A stretch of DNA of 57,230 nucleotides from a virus (lineage: Duplodnaviria; Caudoviricetes), in IMG/VR virus record IMGVR_UViG_3300025120_012119, positions 1 to 57,230 of that record; one strand, written 5' to 3'. The first letter of the stretch is position 1, and each line of letters begins with the position of its first letter. Shown piece by piece: positions 19,832 through 29,292 of this stretch. A model generated the notes under the pieces. The model worked only from the letters and a program-made list of their open reading frames with translations, did no database searches and had not been told where the DNA came from. Made by a program: the position numbers and the translations under genes.

Positions 19832-22135
19832 ATGGCAGAAACATTAATTTCCCCGGGAGTATTAGCAAGAGAGAATGATCAATCTCAAATAACTTCTCAA
19901 CCGATACAAGCTGGTGCAGCGATAATTGGACCTACAGTAAAAGGTCAAGTAAATATTCCAAAGCTTATTACTACTTATAGTGAGTATCAAGCTAATTTTG
20001 GTACTACCTTTGAAAGTGGTTCAGCAAATGATACTAGTGAATATACATTCCTAACATCTATTTCAGCTTACAACTATTTCCAAAATGGAGGTACTTCTTT
20101 AATTGTTACTAGAGTAGCTTCTGGTTCATTTACAGCAGCAACTTCATCAACAATATTTAATGATCAAGAAAGCGGTGATATACCAGCTTCAGCTAATTTA
20201 TTTGGTTCATATAATGCAGGAACTGGAATTGGTGGTGCTTTAGGAGCAACAGCAGGACAATTCGATGACGTAGATGCAACAGGCGGTTCATCATCAGGAT
20301 TAAAAGTTAATGTAACATTATCATCAGGTAGTGGTCAATTTAGCCAAAGTGCAGTATTAGCAGAATCAACTCCAGGTGCAGGAATGGTAGCAGCTTCTTA
20401 TACAGTAGCTTTAACAAGTGGTTCAGGTACTGGTACAGGTGGTACAGCTACAGTTATAGTAGCAAGCCCTACATCAATCACTTCAGCTACAGTAGCAAAT
20501 ACAGGTTCAGGATATGTTGCAGGAGATACATTAATTATAGCATCTGGATCATTAGGTGCTACAACAAGTGGTGGTACAGATCTTATATTAACAATTGTAA
20601 ATGCAGATTTAACAGCAGTTCCAACAGCTATTGTAGCAAATACAGCAGCATCAGGATACGCAGTAGGTGACGTACTTACAGTAGCTGCAGCAAATATTGG
20701 TAATGCAGATACAGCTTTAACATTTACATTAGTAGATGCTGATATTACAGATGCAAATGCTTTCACATTAGAATCAATAGGTCAAGGTACTATTATGAAT
20801 AGTGCAGGAGCTTTAAATTCTCAAGGTGCTTTAACAAATGGAACTAGAGATAATTTAAGATGGGAAATTTCATCACCAAATACTTCATCTGGTACATTTA
20901 GTGTAATAGTAAGACAAGGTAATGATACAACAAGAGCAAAATCAGTTCTTGAAAGTTTTAATAATGTATCATTAGATCCAACTTCACCAAATTACATTTC
21001 AAGAATAATTGGTGATCAAACACAAGTATTAAGAGGAGCAGGAACAGCTGATCCATATTTACAAACAACAGGATCTTATCCAAACGCTTCAAGATATTTA
21101 AGAGTAAAAGAAGTACATTACAAAACCCCAAATTATTTTGACAATTCAGGAACTGCAAAATCACAATTTACAGCTTCTATTCCAGTAGCAGCATCGGGTG
21201 CATTTGGAGATGCTCAAGGATCAATATTAACTGGAAAAGGATTATATTATGATAAAATTTCAGCTCTTGATTCTCAAGGATTATTAGGTGGAAATTACAC
21301 GGATGCAATTAATTTATTAGCTAATAAAGATGATTACAAATATAATATTATATCAGCCCCAGGATTAGTTCAATCTGCATTCTCAACACCATTAAATTCT
21401 TTAGTTTCAAATACTGAAAATAGAGGAGATAATATTGTAATATTAGATCTTGAATTATATGATTCATCTATAACAGCAATTGTTGGAACAGCAGCATCAA
21501 AAGACACATCATACGCAGCGTCATATTGGCCATGGTGTATGGTAACAGATCCAGATTCAGCACAAAGAGTTTGGGTACCAGCAGGAACATTAATCCCAGG
21601 AGTTTATGCAGCTAATGATAGAACAGCAGAAGCATGGTTCGCACCAGCAGGTATAAACAGAGGTGGATTAGGTCAAGTAGTTCAAGCAGAAAGAAAATTA
21701 ACTCAAGCAAACAGAGATACTCTATATGTAGGTAAAGTAAATCCAATAGCAACATTCCCAGGAAGAGGAGTTGTAGTATTTGGACAGAAAACTCTACAAA
21801 CTCAAGCAAGTGCTTTAGATAGAGTAAATGTTAGAAGATTGTTAATTGCACTTAAAAATTATATTTCACAAATATCTGATAATTTAGTATTTGAACAAAA
21901 TACAGCAGCTACCAGAAATGTATTTTTAGGACAAGTTAATCCATATCTAGAGTCAGTACAACAAAGACAAGGTTTATACGCGTTTAAAGTTGTTATGAAT
22001 GATTCAAATAATGGACCTGAGGTAATTGATAGAAACGAATTAAGAGGTGCTATATACATACAACCTACTAAAACGGCAGAATTCATTTACCTAGATTTCA
22101 ACATTCTTCCAACAGGAGCTGAATTCCCTGCATAA
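19832..22135 (+). CDS. Contractile tail sheath protein (T4 gp18-like)
   Basis: SPGVLAREND, AIIGPTVKG, YAASYWPW, WFAPAGINRG, VNPIATFPGRGVVVFGQKTL, DRVNVRRL, IYIQPTKTAEFIYLDF. Confidence 0.95.
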   Translation: MAETLISPGVLARENDQSQITSQPIQAGAAIIGPTVKGQVNIPKLITTYSEYQANFGTTFESGSANDTSEYTFLTSISAYNYFQNGGTSLIVTRVASGSFTAATSSTIFNDQESGDIPASANLFGSYNAGTGIGGALGATAGQFDDVDATGGSSSGLKVNVTLSSGSGQFSQSAVLAESTPGAGMVAASYTVALTSGSGTGTGGTATVIVASPTSITSATVANTGSGYVAGDTLIIASGSLGATTSGGTDLILTIVNADLTAVPTAIVANTAASGYAVGDVLTVAAANIGNADTALTFTLVDADITDANAFTLESIGQGTIMNSAGALNSQGALTNGTRDNLRWEISSPNTSSGTFSVIVRQGNDTTRAKSVLESFNNVSLDPTSPNYISRIIGDQTQVLRGAGTADPYLQTTGSYPNASRYLRVKEVHYKTPNYFDNSGTAKSQFTASIPVAASGAFGDAQGSILTGKGLYYDKISALDSQGLLGGNYTDAINLLANKDDYKYNIISAPGLVQSAFSTPLNSLVSNTENRGDNIVILDLELYDSSITAIVGTAASKDTSYAASYWPWCMVTDPDSAQRVWVPAGTLIPGVYAANDRTAEAWFAPAGINRGGLGQVVQAERKLTQANRDTLYVGKVNPIATFPGRGVVVFGQKTLQTQASALDRVNVRRLLIALKNYISQISDNLVFEQNTAATRNVFLGQVNPYLESVQQRQGLYAFKVVMNDSNNGPEVIDRNELRGAIYIQPTKTAEFIYLDFNILPTGAEFPA

Positions 22136-22150
22136 GAATTAGAGAATATA

Positions 22151-22159
22151 ATATTTATA
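22151..22159 (+). promoter_or_regulatory. Putative late promoter ATATTTATA
   Basis: In the sheath-tube intergenic region. Confidence 0.55.
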
Positions 22160-22190
22160 ACTGAATAAAAAAATTAAATAAAAACACAAA

Positions 22191-22679
22191 ATGGCAGTAT
22201 TAGACCCAAACGAAATATTTTTCACAGCTTTTGAGCCCAAAGTAGCAAATAGGTTTGTAATGTACGTCGACGGTATCCCATCATATATTATTAAAGGTAT
22301 AAGTGGATTAGGATTTGCACAGGACGAAATAGTATTAAATCATATTAACACTTATAGAAAAGTAAAAGGTAAATTGAGATGGAATGACATCACAATGCAA
22401 TTATTTGATCCAATTACTCCTTCAGGTGCTCAGGCAGTAATGGAATGGGTTAGATTACATTATGAATCAGTAACAGGTAGAGCTGGTTACTCTGATTTCT
22501 ATAAGAAAGATTTAACAATTGATGTACTAGGACCAGTAGGTGATGTAGTATCAGAATGGATTATAAAAGGTGCATTTATTAAAGATGGATCATTTGCAGA
22601 CATGAACTGGGACACTGATGGTGAAGCTCAAAACATCGATTTAACAATCGGAATGGATTACTGCGTATTGAATTTCTAA
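22191..22679 (+). CDS. Tail tube protein (T4 gp19-like)
   Basis: FEPKVANRF, KGKLRWNDITMQLFD, VMEWV, YKKDLTI..LGPVG..WIIKGAF; directly follows the sheath gene. Confidence 0.9.
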   Translation: MAVLDPNEIFFTAFEPKVANRFVMYVDGIPSYIIKGISGLGFAQDEIVLNHINTYRKVKGKLRWNDITMQLFDPITPSGAQAVMEWVRLHYESVTGRAGYSDFYKKDLTIDVLGPVGDVVSEWIIKGAFIKDGSFADMNWDTDGEAQNIDLTIGMDYCVLNF

Positions 22680-22704
22680 AAAAATTCAACATATTTTTAA
22701 AAAT

Positions 22705-22731
22705 AGCTTGGCTTCGGTCAAGCTTTTTTTT
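22705..22731 (+). terminator. Intrinsic terminator with a cUUCGg tetraloop
   Basis: AGCTTGGC-TTCG-GTCAAGCT followed by a T-run, just after the tube gene. Confidence 0.85.
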
Positions 22732-22746
22732 ATATTGATATGTATA
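22708..22746 (+). promoter_or_regulatory. TTGGCT-N17-TATATT promoter overlapping the terminator, plus ATATGTATA
   Basis: TTGGCT at 22708-22713, TATATT at 22731-22736, ATATGTATA at 22738-22746. Confidence 0.5.
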
Positions 22747-22781
22747 AACGTACAATTAAGTTATAACTAAATAAAATTTAT

Positions 22782-23504
22782 ATGGAAGAATTTAAATTCC
22801 CCACAGAAACTGTAGATTTACCATCAAAAGGACTAATCTATCCTAAAGATCACCCATTACGTAGCGGAAAAGTTGAAATAAAATATATGACTGCTAAAGA
22901 GGAGGATATATTAACAAATCAAAATTTAATATCTAAAGGAAATGTATTAGAAAAGTTAATGGAGGCATTAACTATGAAAAAATTTGATACTAAAGATGTA
23001 TGTACTGGAGATAAAAATGCAATGTTTTTAGCTGCTAGAGTATTAGGTTATGGTTCTGAATATAAGTTTACAATTAAAGATAAAGATTATACTGTTGATT
23101 TATCAACTATAGATTCTTTACCGTTTGATGAAAGTTTGACAGATGAAGACGGTTTATTAAGTTTTACTTTTCCTAAATCAGGAGTTGAAATTAAATTCAA
23201 AATTTTAACAGAAAAAGATGAAGATAAAATTGCTAATGAACTTAAAGCCTTAAATAAATATAAAAATTTAGGTGGTGGTGAAGTTACTACTAGGTTAAAA
23301 CACCAAATTGTATCTATTAGTGGTGATGATGATAAATCAAATATTAAATCATTTGTTGAAAATCAAATATTAGCTCAAGACTCTAGAGCATTAAGAAATT
23401 ATATTAAAGATCTTTCACCTAATATTGATTTGACCTATACTACAGAAGATGGTGATAAAATTGAAATTCCAATTTCTCTAGGTTTTTTTTGGCCGGATCT
23501 CTAA
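22782..23504 (+). CDS. Tail assembly chaperone / baseplate hub assembly protein (T4 gp26-like)
   Basis: VDLPSKG..Y, YMTAKEEDIL, ARVLGYG, ends FFWPDL; located between the tube and tape measure genes. Confidence 0.75.
   Translation: MEEFKFPTETVDLPSKGLIYPKDHPLRSGKVEIKYMTAKEEDILTNQNLISKGNVLEKLMEALTMKKFDTKDVCTGDKNAMFLAARVLGYGSEYKFTIKDKDYTVDLSTIDSLPFDESLTDEDGLLSFTFPKSGVEIKFKILTEKDEDKIANELKALNKYKNLGGGEVTTRLKHQIVSISGDDDKSNIKSFVENQILAQDSRALRNYIKDLSPNIDLTYTTEDGDKIEIPISLGFFWPDL
23483..23489 (+). other. Putative -1 ribosomal frameshift slippery site T TTT TTT
   Basis: GGT TTT TTT TGG at the end of the chaperone gene; the -1 frame is open to 23818. Confidence 0.65.
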
Positions 23505-23818
23505 AAGAGGTCCAACGTTATAGAGCATCAGTATTTAATCATATACATGAAGTAGTATTTCATGGTAAAGGAGGCTATGATTATGATACTGTTTATAATA
23601 TGCCTATATGGTTACGTAAATTTTCATTTAATAAAATAAAAGAATGGTATGATGCAGAAGCTGAAGCTAATAAAAAAGCATCTCAAGGTAAAGGAACTAA
23701 TATAGATTTAAATTCTCCTAGTAAACCAAATATACCTAAAAAAGGTTTTAATCCCCCCACATCTAAAAGTTTAAAAAGACCAACTCCTAACTATAGTACT
23801 AAAATATCAAAGAAATAA
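23489..23818 (+). CDS. T4 gp51-like / chaperone frameshift extension (GT-like)
   Basis: IHEVVFHGKGGYDYDTVYNMPIWLRKF. No early ATG, overlaps the upstream gene in the -1 frame, and lies just before the tape measure gene. Confidence 0.65.
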   Translation: MAGSLKEVQRYRASVFNHIHEVVFHGKGGYDYDTVYNMPIWLRKFSFNKIKEWYDAEAEANKKASQGKGTNIDLNSPSKPNIPKKGFNPPTSKSLKRPTPNYSTKISKK

Positions 23819-23827
23819 CATTTTCTA

Positions 23828-23836
23828 ATATTTATA
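23828..23836 (+). promoter_or_regulatory. Putative late promoter ATATTTATA
   Basis: 16 nt upstream of the tape measure ATG. Confidence 0.55.
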
Positions 23837-23852
23837 ATAAAATCATTATTGA

Positions 23853-26492
23853 ATGAGTGCTAGTAAACAAGATGTCCAAAATCAAAAAGATTTAAATTCA
23901 GAAGTCCAAAAAACTAAGTCTTTTGAAGAGGAGTTAGTAGAGCTTCTCCAAAGAAGAAGAGGAATATCAGCAGAAAATTTAAATGATCAGCAAGATATAG
24001 CTAATGTTATTGAGGATCAAGTAAAAGAAATGAAATTCCAAGTTAATGAGCAAAGACTCATTAAAAAACTATCTAAGGACATTTCTAAAATATCCGAAGA
24101 AACTTTTACTATAAGTAAAGAAGAACTAGGTTTATCTAAAACTAATGTTAAAATAACAGGATTACAAGCAGATTTAGATAAAAAAATACAATTACTTACA
24201 GCTCAACAAAATAAATTATATACTGAAGGAGGAAAAGTAAATAATGATATTGCTATCTCTATTGGGATGCAAGTTAAACAAGCACAATCTTTAAAATCAG
24301 ATTTAGAAAACATAAATGCAGAATCTGAAGAGATTGGTAATAATTTTGGGGTTAAATCATTTAGTGGTTTAGCAGGAGCAGCAGGTCAACTTTCTAAACT
24401 TTTAGGAATTAAAGATTTTTCAAAACCCTTTGAAGGAGCTGCTGAAGCAGCTAGAGAACAATCCCAATATAATAAAGAAACTTTTGGAAGTACTAAAGGA
24501 ATTTCAAAACAACAAAAAATAGATAATAAACTTGTTAATCAAAAACTCGGTGATTTTAAAAAGTTAAGAAAAGATGGAGTTGGTATAGAAAAAGCTTTAA
24601 AGAAAACAGGTTTAAATGCTAAACAAGTCAAAGTAGGTAAACTCCCAGTAAAATCAATGTCAGCTTTTAAAGCAGGGTTTAAATCATTAGGTCCTGTGAT
24701 TGCAAAAGCAATGGGCCCTTTAGCTATATTCACAGCTATAGTAAAAGTAGCAAAATTCTTCTTTGATGCTATGGTGGGTGCTTCTAAAGCTACAGCTGAT
24801 ATGTCTAGAAATATGTTAATATCTAGAGAAGCAGCTCAAGAATTATATTCAACAACAATACCAGGTATAGTTGGAGAATTTAATGAAGTTCAAAAAGCAC
24901 AAGGTAATGTAACTATATCAGCTAGTGCATATCAAAAAGCCTTAAGTAGTATAAATGAAGAGCTAGGAATGCAATTAAACTTAGCTTCAGATTTTGGTAA
25001 ACAAACAGCTATGAATGTAGCTGAAGTTGCTAGAATGCAAGTAAATTTTGGTTTAAGCGCAAAAGCATCAAAACAATTATTTTTAGAATCTACTAAAACT
25101 GGTGTACCTTTAGAGGAAATGAATAAATCTATGTTTGGTACCTTAGGGGTAATGTCAGCTCAATCAGGTTTACAATTAGATTTAAATAAAGTTATTGAAG
25201 AGGCAGCGAGTATATCAGGAAATATGAGAGCTAATTTTGGTGGTAGTACTGAAGCAATAGCAAAAGCAGTATTTCAAGCTAAATTATTAGGTTTAAATAT
25301 GTCTCAAATGGAAGGGATATCTGGAAATTTATTAGATTTCCAATCTTCTATTGAAAATGAAATGGCAGCTGAATTATTAACTGGAAAGCAGTTAAATTTA
25401 GAAAGAGCTAGAGAAGCAGCATTAATGGGTGATACTGAAACCCTAATGAAAGAAATTTCAGCACAAGCTGGTAGCCAAGAAGATTTCTTAGCAATGAATA
25501 TAATCCAACGTCAAGCTTTAGCTAAAGCTGTTGGAATGGAAGTTAATGAGTTAGCGGATATGTACGAAACACAATCCAAAAACGATGCATTAGCTAAGAA
25601 AAATTTAGAAATACAAAATAAATTAAGAAAGGATGGAATGTCCTTACTTTCAGAAGAATTTGATATTAAAACAGCATCTTTAGCTGAAATAAGAATTGCA
25701 GCCCAAAAAGCAGGAAAATCAGAAGAAGAATTAAGGGATCTTTTAGGTGAACAGATTTATGCTAGAAAACAAGAAGAAGATGCTACTCAAAAATTTAATA
25801 AAGCACTTGAAAAAGCTAAAGATGCATTTTCAAGATTAGTTGATGGTGGTGTTTTAGATAAACTAGCTGATGGTTTAGCAGGTTTAGTTGATAGTTCATT
25901 ATTTTCAGGTTTTGTAGAAGAAGGAGAAGCAAAAAGGATACAAAAAGAATTACAAGATAAAGCAAAAGCAGATCCATCTTCAGTTAGCCAAAAAGAATTA
26001 AATATAGCAGAAAGTGCCTCTGATCAAGTTACAGGGGTTGAAAAAGCTGGAGTAGTAGCAGGTGCAGCTTTAACAGGAGCTGCTATTGGTTCTATTATTC
26101 CTGGAGTAGGTACAGCTATTGGAGCTGTAGTAGGTGGTTTAATTGGAGGAGTTTCCTCATTATTTGCAGTTGAAGTTGCTGATTCATATAAAGAAGGACA
26201 AGCGGAAAGATTAAATGAAATTGCAAAAGAAAAAGGAATAGAAGTATCCCCATCAGCTGATGAAGCCACAAAAGTAAATGACTTTATTTTAAGACCAGGT
26301 CAAGCTCCTATAAAATTTAATAAAGATGATTTATTAATAGGAGGTACTAATCTTGGAGGAGGTAGTAATAATAATGAAGTTACTACTTTATTAAAAGAAT
26401 TAATATCAGCTGTTAAAGAAGGTGGAGATGTATTTATTGATGGGGCCAAAGCAGGTAGATCAATGGCTTTAGCGACTTCTAGAATAGGTTAA
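23853..26492 (+). CDS. Tape measure protein
   Basis: 879 aa, helical and A/K/E/Q-rich, with a glycine-zipper segment GAAIGSIIPGVGTAIGAVVGGLIGG; canonical position after the chaperones. Confidence 0.8.
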   Translation: MSASKQDVQNQKDLNSEVQKTKSFEEELVELLQRRRGISAENLNDQQDIANVIEDQVKEMKFQVNEQRLIKKLSKDISKISEETFTISKEELGLSKTNVKITGLQADLDKKIQLLTAQQNKLYTEGGKVNNDIAISIGMQVKQAQSLKSDLENINAESEEIGNNFGVKSFSGLAGAAGQLSKLLGIKDFSKPFEGAAEAAREQSQYNKETFGSTKGISKQQKIDNKLVNQKLGDFKKLRKDGVGIEKALKKTGLNAKQVKVGKLPVKSMSAFKAGFKSLGPVIAKAMGPLAIFTAIVKVAKFFFDAMVGASKATADMSRNMLISREAAQELYSTTIPGIVGEFNEVQKAQGNVTISASAYQKALSSINEELGMQLNLASDFGKQTAMNVAEVARMQVNFGLSAKASKQLFLESTKTGVPLEEMNKSMFGTLGVMSAQSGLQLDLNKVIEEAASISGNMRANFGGSTEAIAKAVFQAKLLGLNMSQMEGISGNLLDFQSSIENEMAAELLTGKQLNLERAREAALMGDTETLMKEISAQAGSQEDFLAMNIIQRQALAKAVGMEVNELADMYETQSKNDALAKKNLEIQNKLRKDGMSLLSEEFDIKTASLAEIRIAAQKAGKSEEELRDLLGEQIYARKQEEDATQKFNKALEKAKDAFSRLVDGGVLDKLADGLAGLVDSSLFSGFVEEGEAKRIQKELQDKAKADPSSVSQKELNIAESASDQVTGVEKAGVVAGAALTGAAIGSIIPGVGTAIGAVVGGLIGGVSSLFAVEVADSYKEGQAERLNEIAKEKGIEVSPSADEATKVNDFILRPGQAPIKFNKDDLLIGGTNLGGGSNNNEVTTLLKELISAVKEGGDVFIDGAKAGRSMALATSRIG

Positions 26493-26500
26493 TATTTATA
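26492..26500 (+). promoter_or_regulatory. Putative late promoter ATATTTATA
   Basis: 24 nt upstream of the ATG at 26525. Confidence 0.55.
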
Positions 26501-26524
26501 ATAAAACAATTAATAATTAAAATT

Positions 26525-26818
26525 ATGGCAAATTCAATAAAAAAACAATTTGATACTGATGGTTCAGCTTTAGGTTACCCTGTATCACCAGCTAGTCCTC
26601 AACCACAAGCTAGTGTTAATGATCCTAATGGTACTCTTCACAACCAATATTCAAATCAAGGAGACCCAGCTACAGCAAATCTAGCTTATGATAATTTTGG
26701 AGCAGGAGCTACAGGATATAATGTACCTGCAGTTTCACAATTAGGTGAATCAGCAAGAGCTTATCAAGAACCAGTAAACAGATTTAAAAATAATACACCA
26801 GAAGGAGCTTCATTTTAA
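26525..26818 (+). CDS. Hypothetical (probable virion) protein
   Basis: 97-aa ORF within the tail module, downstream of a late motif. Confidence 0.6.
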   Translation: MANSIKKQFDTDGSALGYPVSPASPQPQASVNDPNGTLHNQYSNQGDPATANLAYDNFGAGATGYNVPAVSQLGESARAYQEPVNRFKNNTPEGASF

Positions 26819-26827
26819 ATAAAAAGT

Positions 26828-28963
26828 ATGCCTTTAATTAATTTCCAGACAGATTTAAAATCCTTGTCTTGGGGAAGAGATGAACGTGGTGGGGGTGACA
26901 GCAATCAACCTTATATTACTACTGATATTCCCGATGGACTAAGTAATGATGACCTCCCAGTAAGATCAGGTCCTGATTTTATAATTAGGGGTGGGTTAAA
27001 ATCTGTATCTAATGCATTAGATGATGTAGCTAGATTAGGGAAATACATGATAGATGGAGCTTCAGGAGTAAAATTTCTAGCAAAACAAAATTTATTATCA
27101 AGGACATCAGTTAAAACACCAGCATCTTATGGTTTAGGATATGCTGGGGGTGGAATAGATTCTTATTTTTTTGATCCTTCAGATGAAGGGTTAAAAATAA
27201 CAGGAGGAGGTAATATAAATCAAGGAGTTTATACTCCTGTAAGTACTTTAGCAGCTGCTTTAGGCAATGGATTAGGATTTCACCCTAATCTTTTTGGTAT
27301 AGATCCATTTTCACCTATAAGTGGAGTTGTAGAAGGATCATTATTTGGTGGAAATTTAGGAATAAATACATACACAGCTGCTACTAAAGCATTTAATGAA
27401 GAATCTGCTGGAAATAGGTTAGTAATTGTTAATAAGAGAGCAAAAGAACAAGGTACAAGTAATGATCAAAATATTTTTTCTTACAGTGGAGGTCCAGGAG
27501 CTGTTTTAGGGATAGGTAGAACAGATATTAAATTTGCAGATCAAAGAACAGGGGCTGCAAATGCAAAAGGAGCAGGTATTTTAAATAAAGCATACCAAGT
27601 AGGTTACCAAGGTTATCAAGCAGATGCAGCTGATGGTTTAGAAAACTTAGGATTAACTCCTTTAAGTATTAATTCATTAAAAGCTACAGATAAATTTCTT
27701 GCAGCTTTAGGTTTAAATCAATCTTCTCCTATAGGAAAAGTAATGCTTCAAAATTCAATGGGTGGAGATTATATTTCAGCTGTTGGACAACCATCATATG
27801 CAGGTTCAGGTGGGGCACGATTAATTCAAACTAGCAATAACGCAGTATTTTCTTATGATTATGATACTAGTGATGAATTATTAACTGATCCTAAAGTTTT
27901 ATATAATGGTGATTTGGTAGGTATTGGTGGTTTTAGATCTCTCACATACAATTTAAACCAATTACAAAATAAAGAAAATGTAAGTAAAGGAGATCCAATT
28001 CTTTATCCACAAGATTTTAGAAAAGAATTATACACAGGTCCAAATGAAGGTAGTGCTGCAGCTAAAAATGCAGATGGAACAGGAGGCAATCAAAGCTCAA
28101 CAATGTTGTCTTTATCACCAGATTATCAAGTTAAAAACATGGATAGAAGACTCAACATGGGTCAACCAGGAAGAAGTAATACAGATGAAGGAAATAAAAA
28201 CGTTTGGGATTATGGTATAGCAGCAAATGAATTAACAGCATTAGATAAAATTACTGCTCAACCCATGTATACAAGTGCAGGACCGAATACTGATTTAGCT
28301 ATAAACGATTTAGTTAAATTTAGAATAGCTGCAATTAATAATGATGGTGCTAATAGAGAAGCAGTTTATATGCATTTTAGAGCTCATATTGACTCTTTTA
28401 GTGATTCATATACATCTACTTGGAATAATGTTAATTATGTAGGTAGAGGTGACACTTTATATAATTATGGAGGATTTGGTAGAACTGTAAATTTAGGGTT
28501 TACTTGCTTTGCTCAATCAAAAGCAGAGTTAATTCCAATGCATAAAAAATTAAATTATTTAGCATCTACTTTAGCTCCTGATTATACTCAAGCTGGGTTT
28601 ATGAGAGGTAATTTAGTAAGATTAACAATAGGGGGCTATTTATATGAACAACCAGGATTTATAACTAGTTTAACTTATGATGTTCCTCAAGAAGCACCTT
28701 GGGAGATAGCTATAAATGCTGAAGGTGGGGTTGATTCATCAGTTAAAGAACTTCCACATATGGTTAAAGTAAGCGGGTTTTCGTTCACTCCTATTCATAC
28801 ATTCCTACCACAAAAACCAAATAATGCTAATAACCCAGATTCTAGATTTATAGCATTAGCAAATGCTCCTAATTCAAGAGGTAATTATGCTACAGCTTAT
28901 AGAGAATATCTAGCAACAGGTGATGGAGATAATAATCAAGTTAATAACATTCCAGGGGAGTAA
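26828..28963 (+). CDS. Baseplate / tail-tube initiator-like protein
   Basis: C-terminal tube-fold segment FRAHIDSFSDSY..W..VNYVGRG..YGGFGRTVNLGF..KLNYLAS..RLTIGGYLYEQPGFITSLTY..PWEI. Confidence 0.65.
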   Translation: MPLINFQTDLKSLSWGRDERGGGDSNQPYITTDIPDGLSNDDLPVRSGPDFIIRGGLKSVSNALDDVARLGKYMIDGASGVKFLAKQNLLSRTSVKTPASYGLGYAGGGIDSYFFDPSDEGLKITGGGNINQGVYTPVSTLAAALGNGLGFHPNLFGIDPFSPISGVVEGSLFGGNLGINTYTAATKAFNEESAGNRLVIVNKRAKEQGTSNDQNIFSYSGGPGAVLGIGRTDIKFADQRTGAANAKGAGILNKAYQVGYQGYQADAADGLENLGLTPLSINSLKATDKFLAALGLNQSSPIGKVMLQNSMGGDYISAVGQPSYAGSGGARLIQTSNNAVFSYDYDTSDELLTDPKVLYNGDLVGIGGFRSLTYNLNQLQNKENVSKGDPILYPQDFRKELYTGPNEGSAAAKNADGTGGNQSSTMLSLSPDYQVKNMDRRLNMGQPGRSNTDEGNKNVWDYGIAANELTALDKITAQPMYTSAGPNTDLAINDLVKFRIAAINNDGANREAVYMHFRAHIDSFSDSYTSTWNNVNYVGRGDTLYNYGGFGRTVNLGFTCFAQSKAELIPMHKKLNYLASTLAPDYTQAGFMRGNLVRLTIGGYLYEQPGFITSLTYDVPQEAPWEIAINAEGGVDSSVKELPHMVKVSGFSFTPIHTFLPQKPNNANNPDSRFIALANAPNSRGNYATAYREYLATGDGDNNQVNNIPGE

Positions 28964-28966
28964 AGA

Positions 28967-29287
28967 ATGAATAGATACGCTAACATAGAAAAATTAAGAA
29001 ATGAAAATGAGTATGTAGGAACTCTTGGTACTCAATATTATAAAGATGTTACTTATCCTGAAGTATTACCTAATGAAAATGATATTTGGGTTGAAACAGA
29101 ATTTGGTGATAGGTTAGATTTATTAGCAAATCAATTTTATCAAGATGTTACATTATATTGGATAATAGCAATAGCAAACCCTAACATAGTAAATATGGGT
29201 TCTTTATTTTTAACAGAAGGATCACAAATTAGAATACCAGTTAATATACAACAAATAGTAGACAGTTATAATTTATTAAATCAATAA
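28967..29287 (+). CDS. LysM/gp53(X)-like baseplate wedge protein
   Basis: GDRLDLLANQFYQDVTLYWIIAIAN..GSQIRIP. Confidence 0.8.
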   Translation: MNRYANIEKLRNENEYVGTLGTQYYKDVTYPEVLPNENDIWVETEFGDRLDLLANQFYQDVTLYWIIAIANPNIVNMGSLFLTEGSQIRIPVNIQQIVDSYNLLNQ

Positions 29288-29292
29288 TCCAA

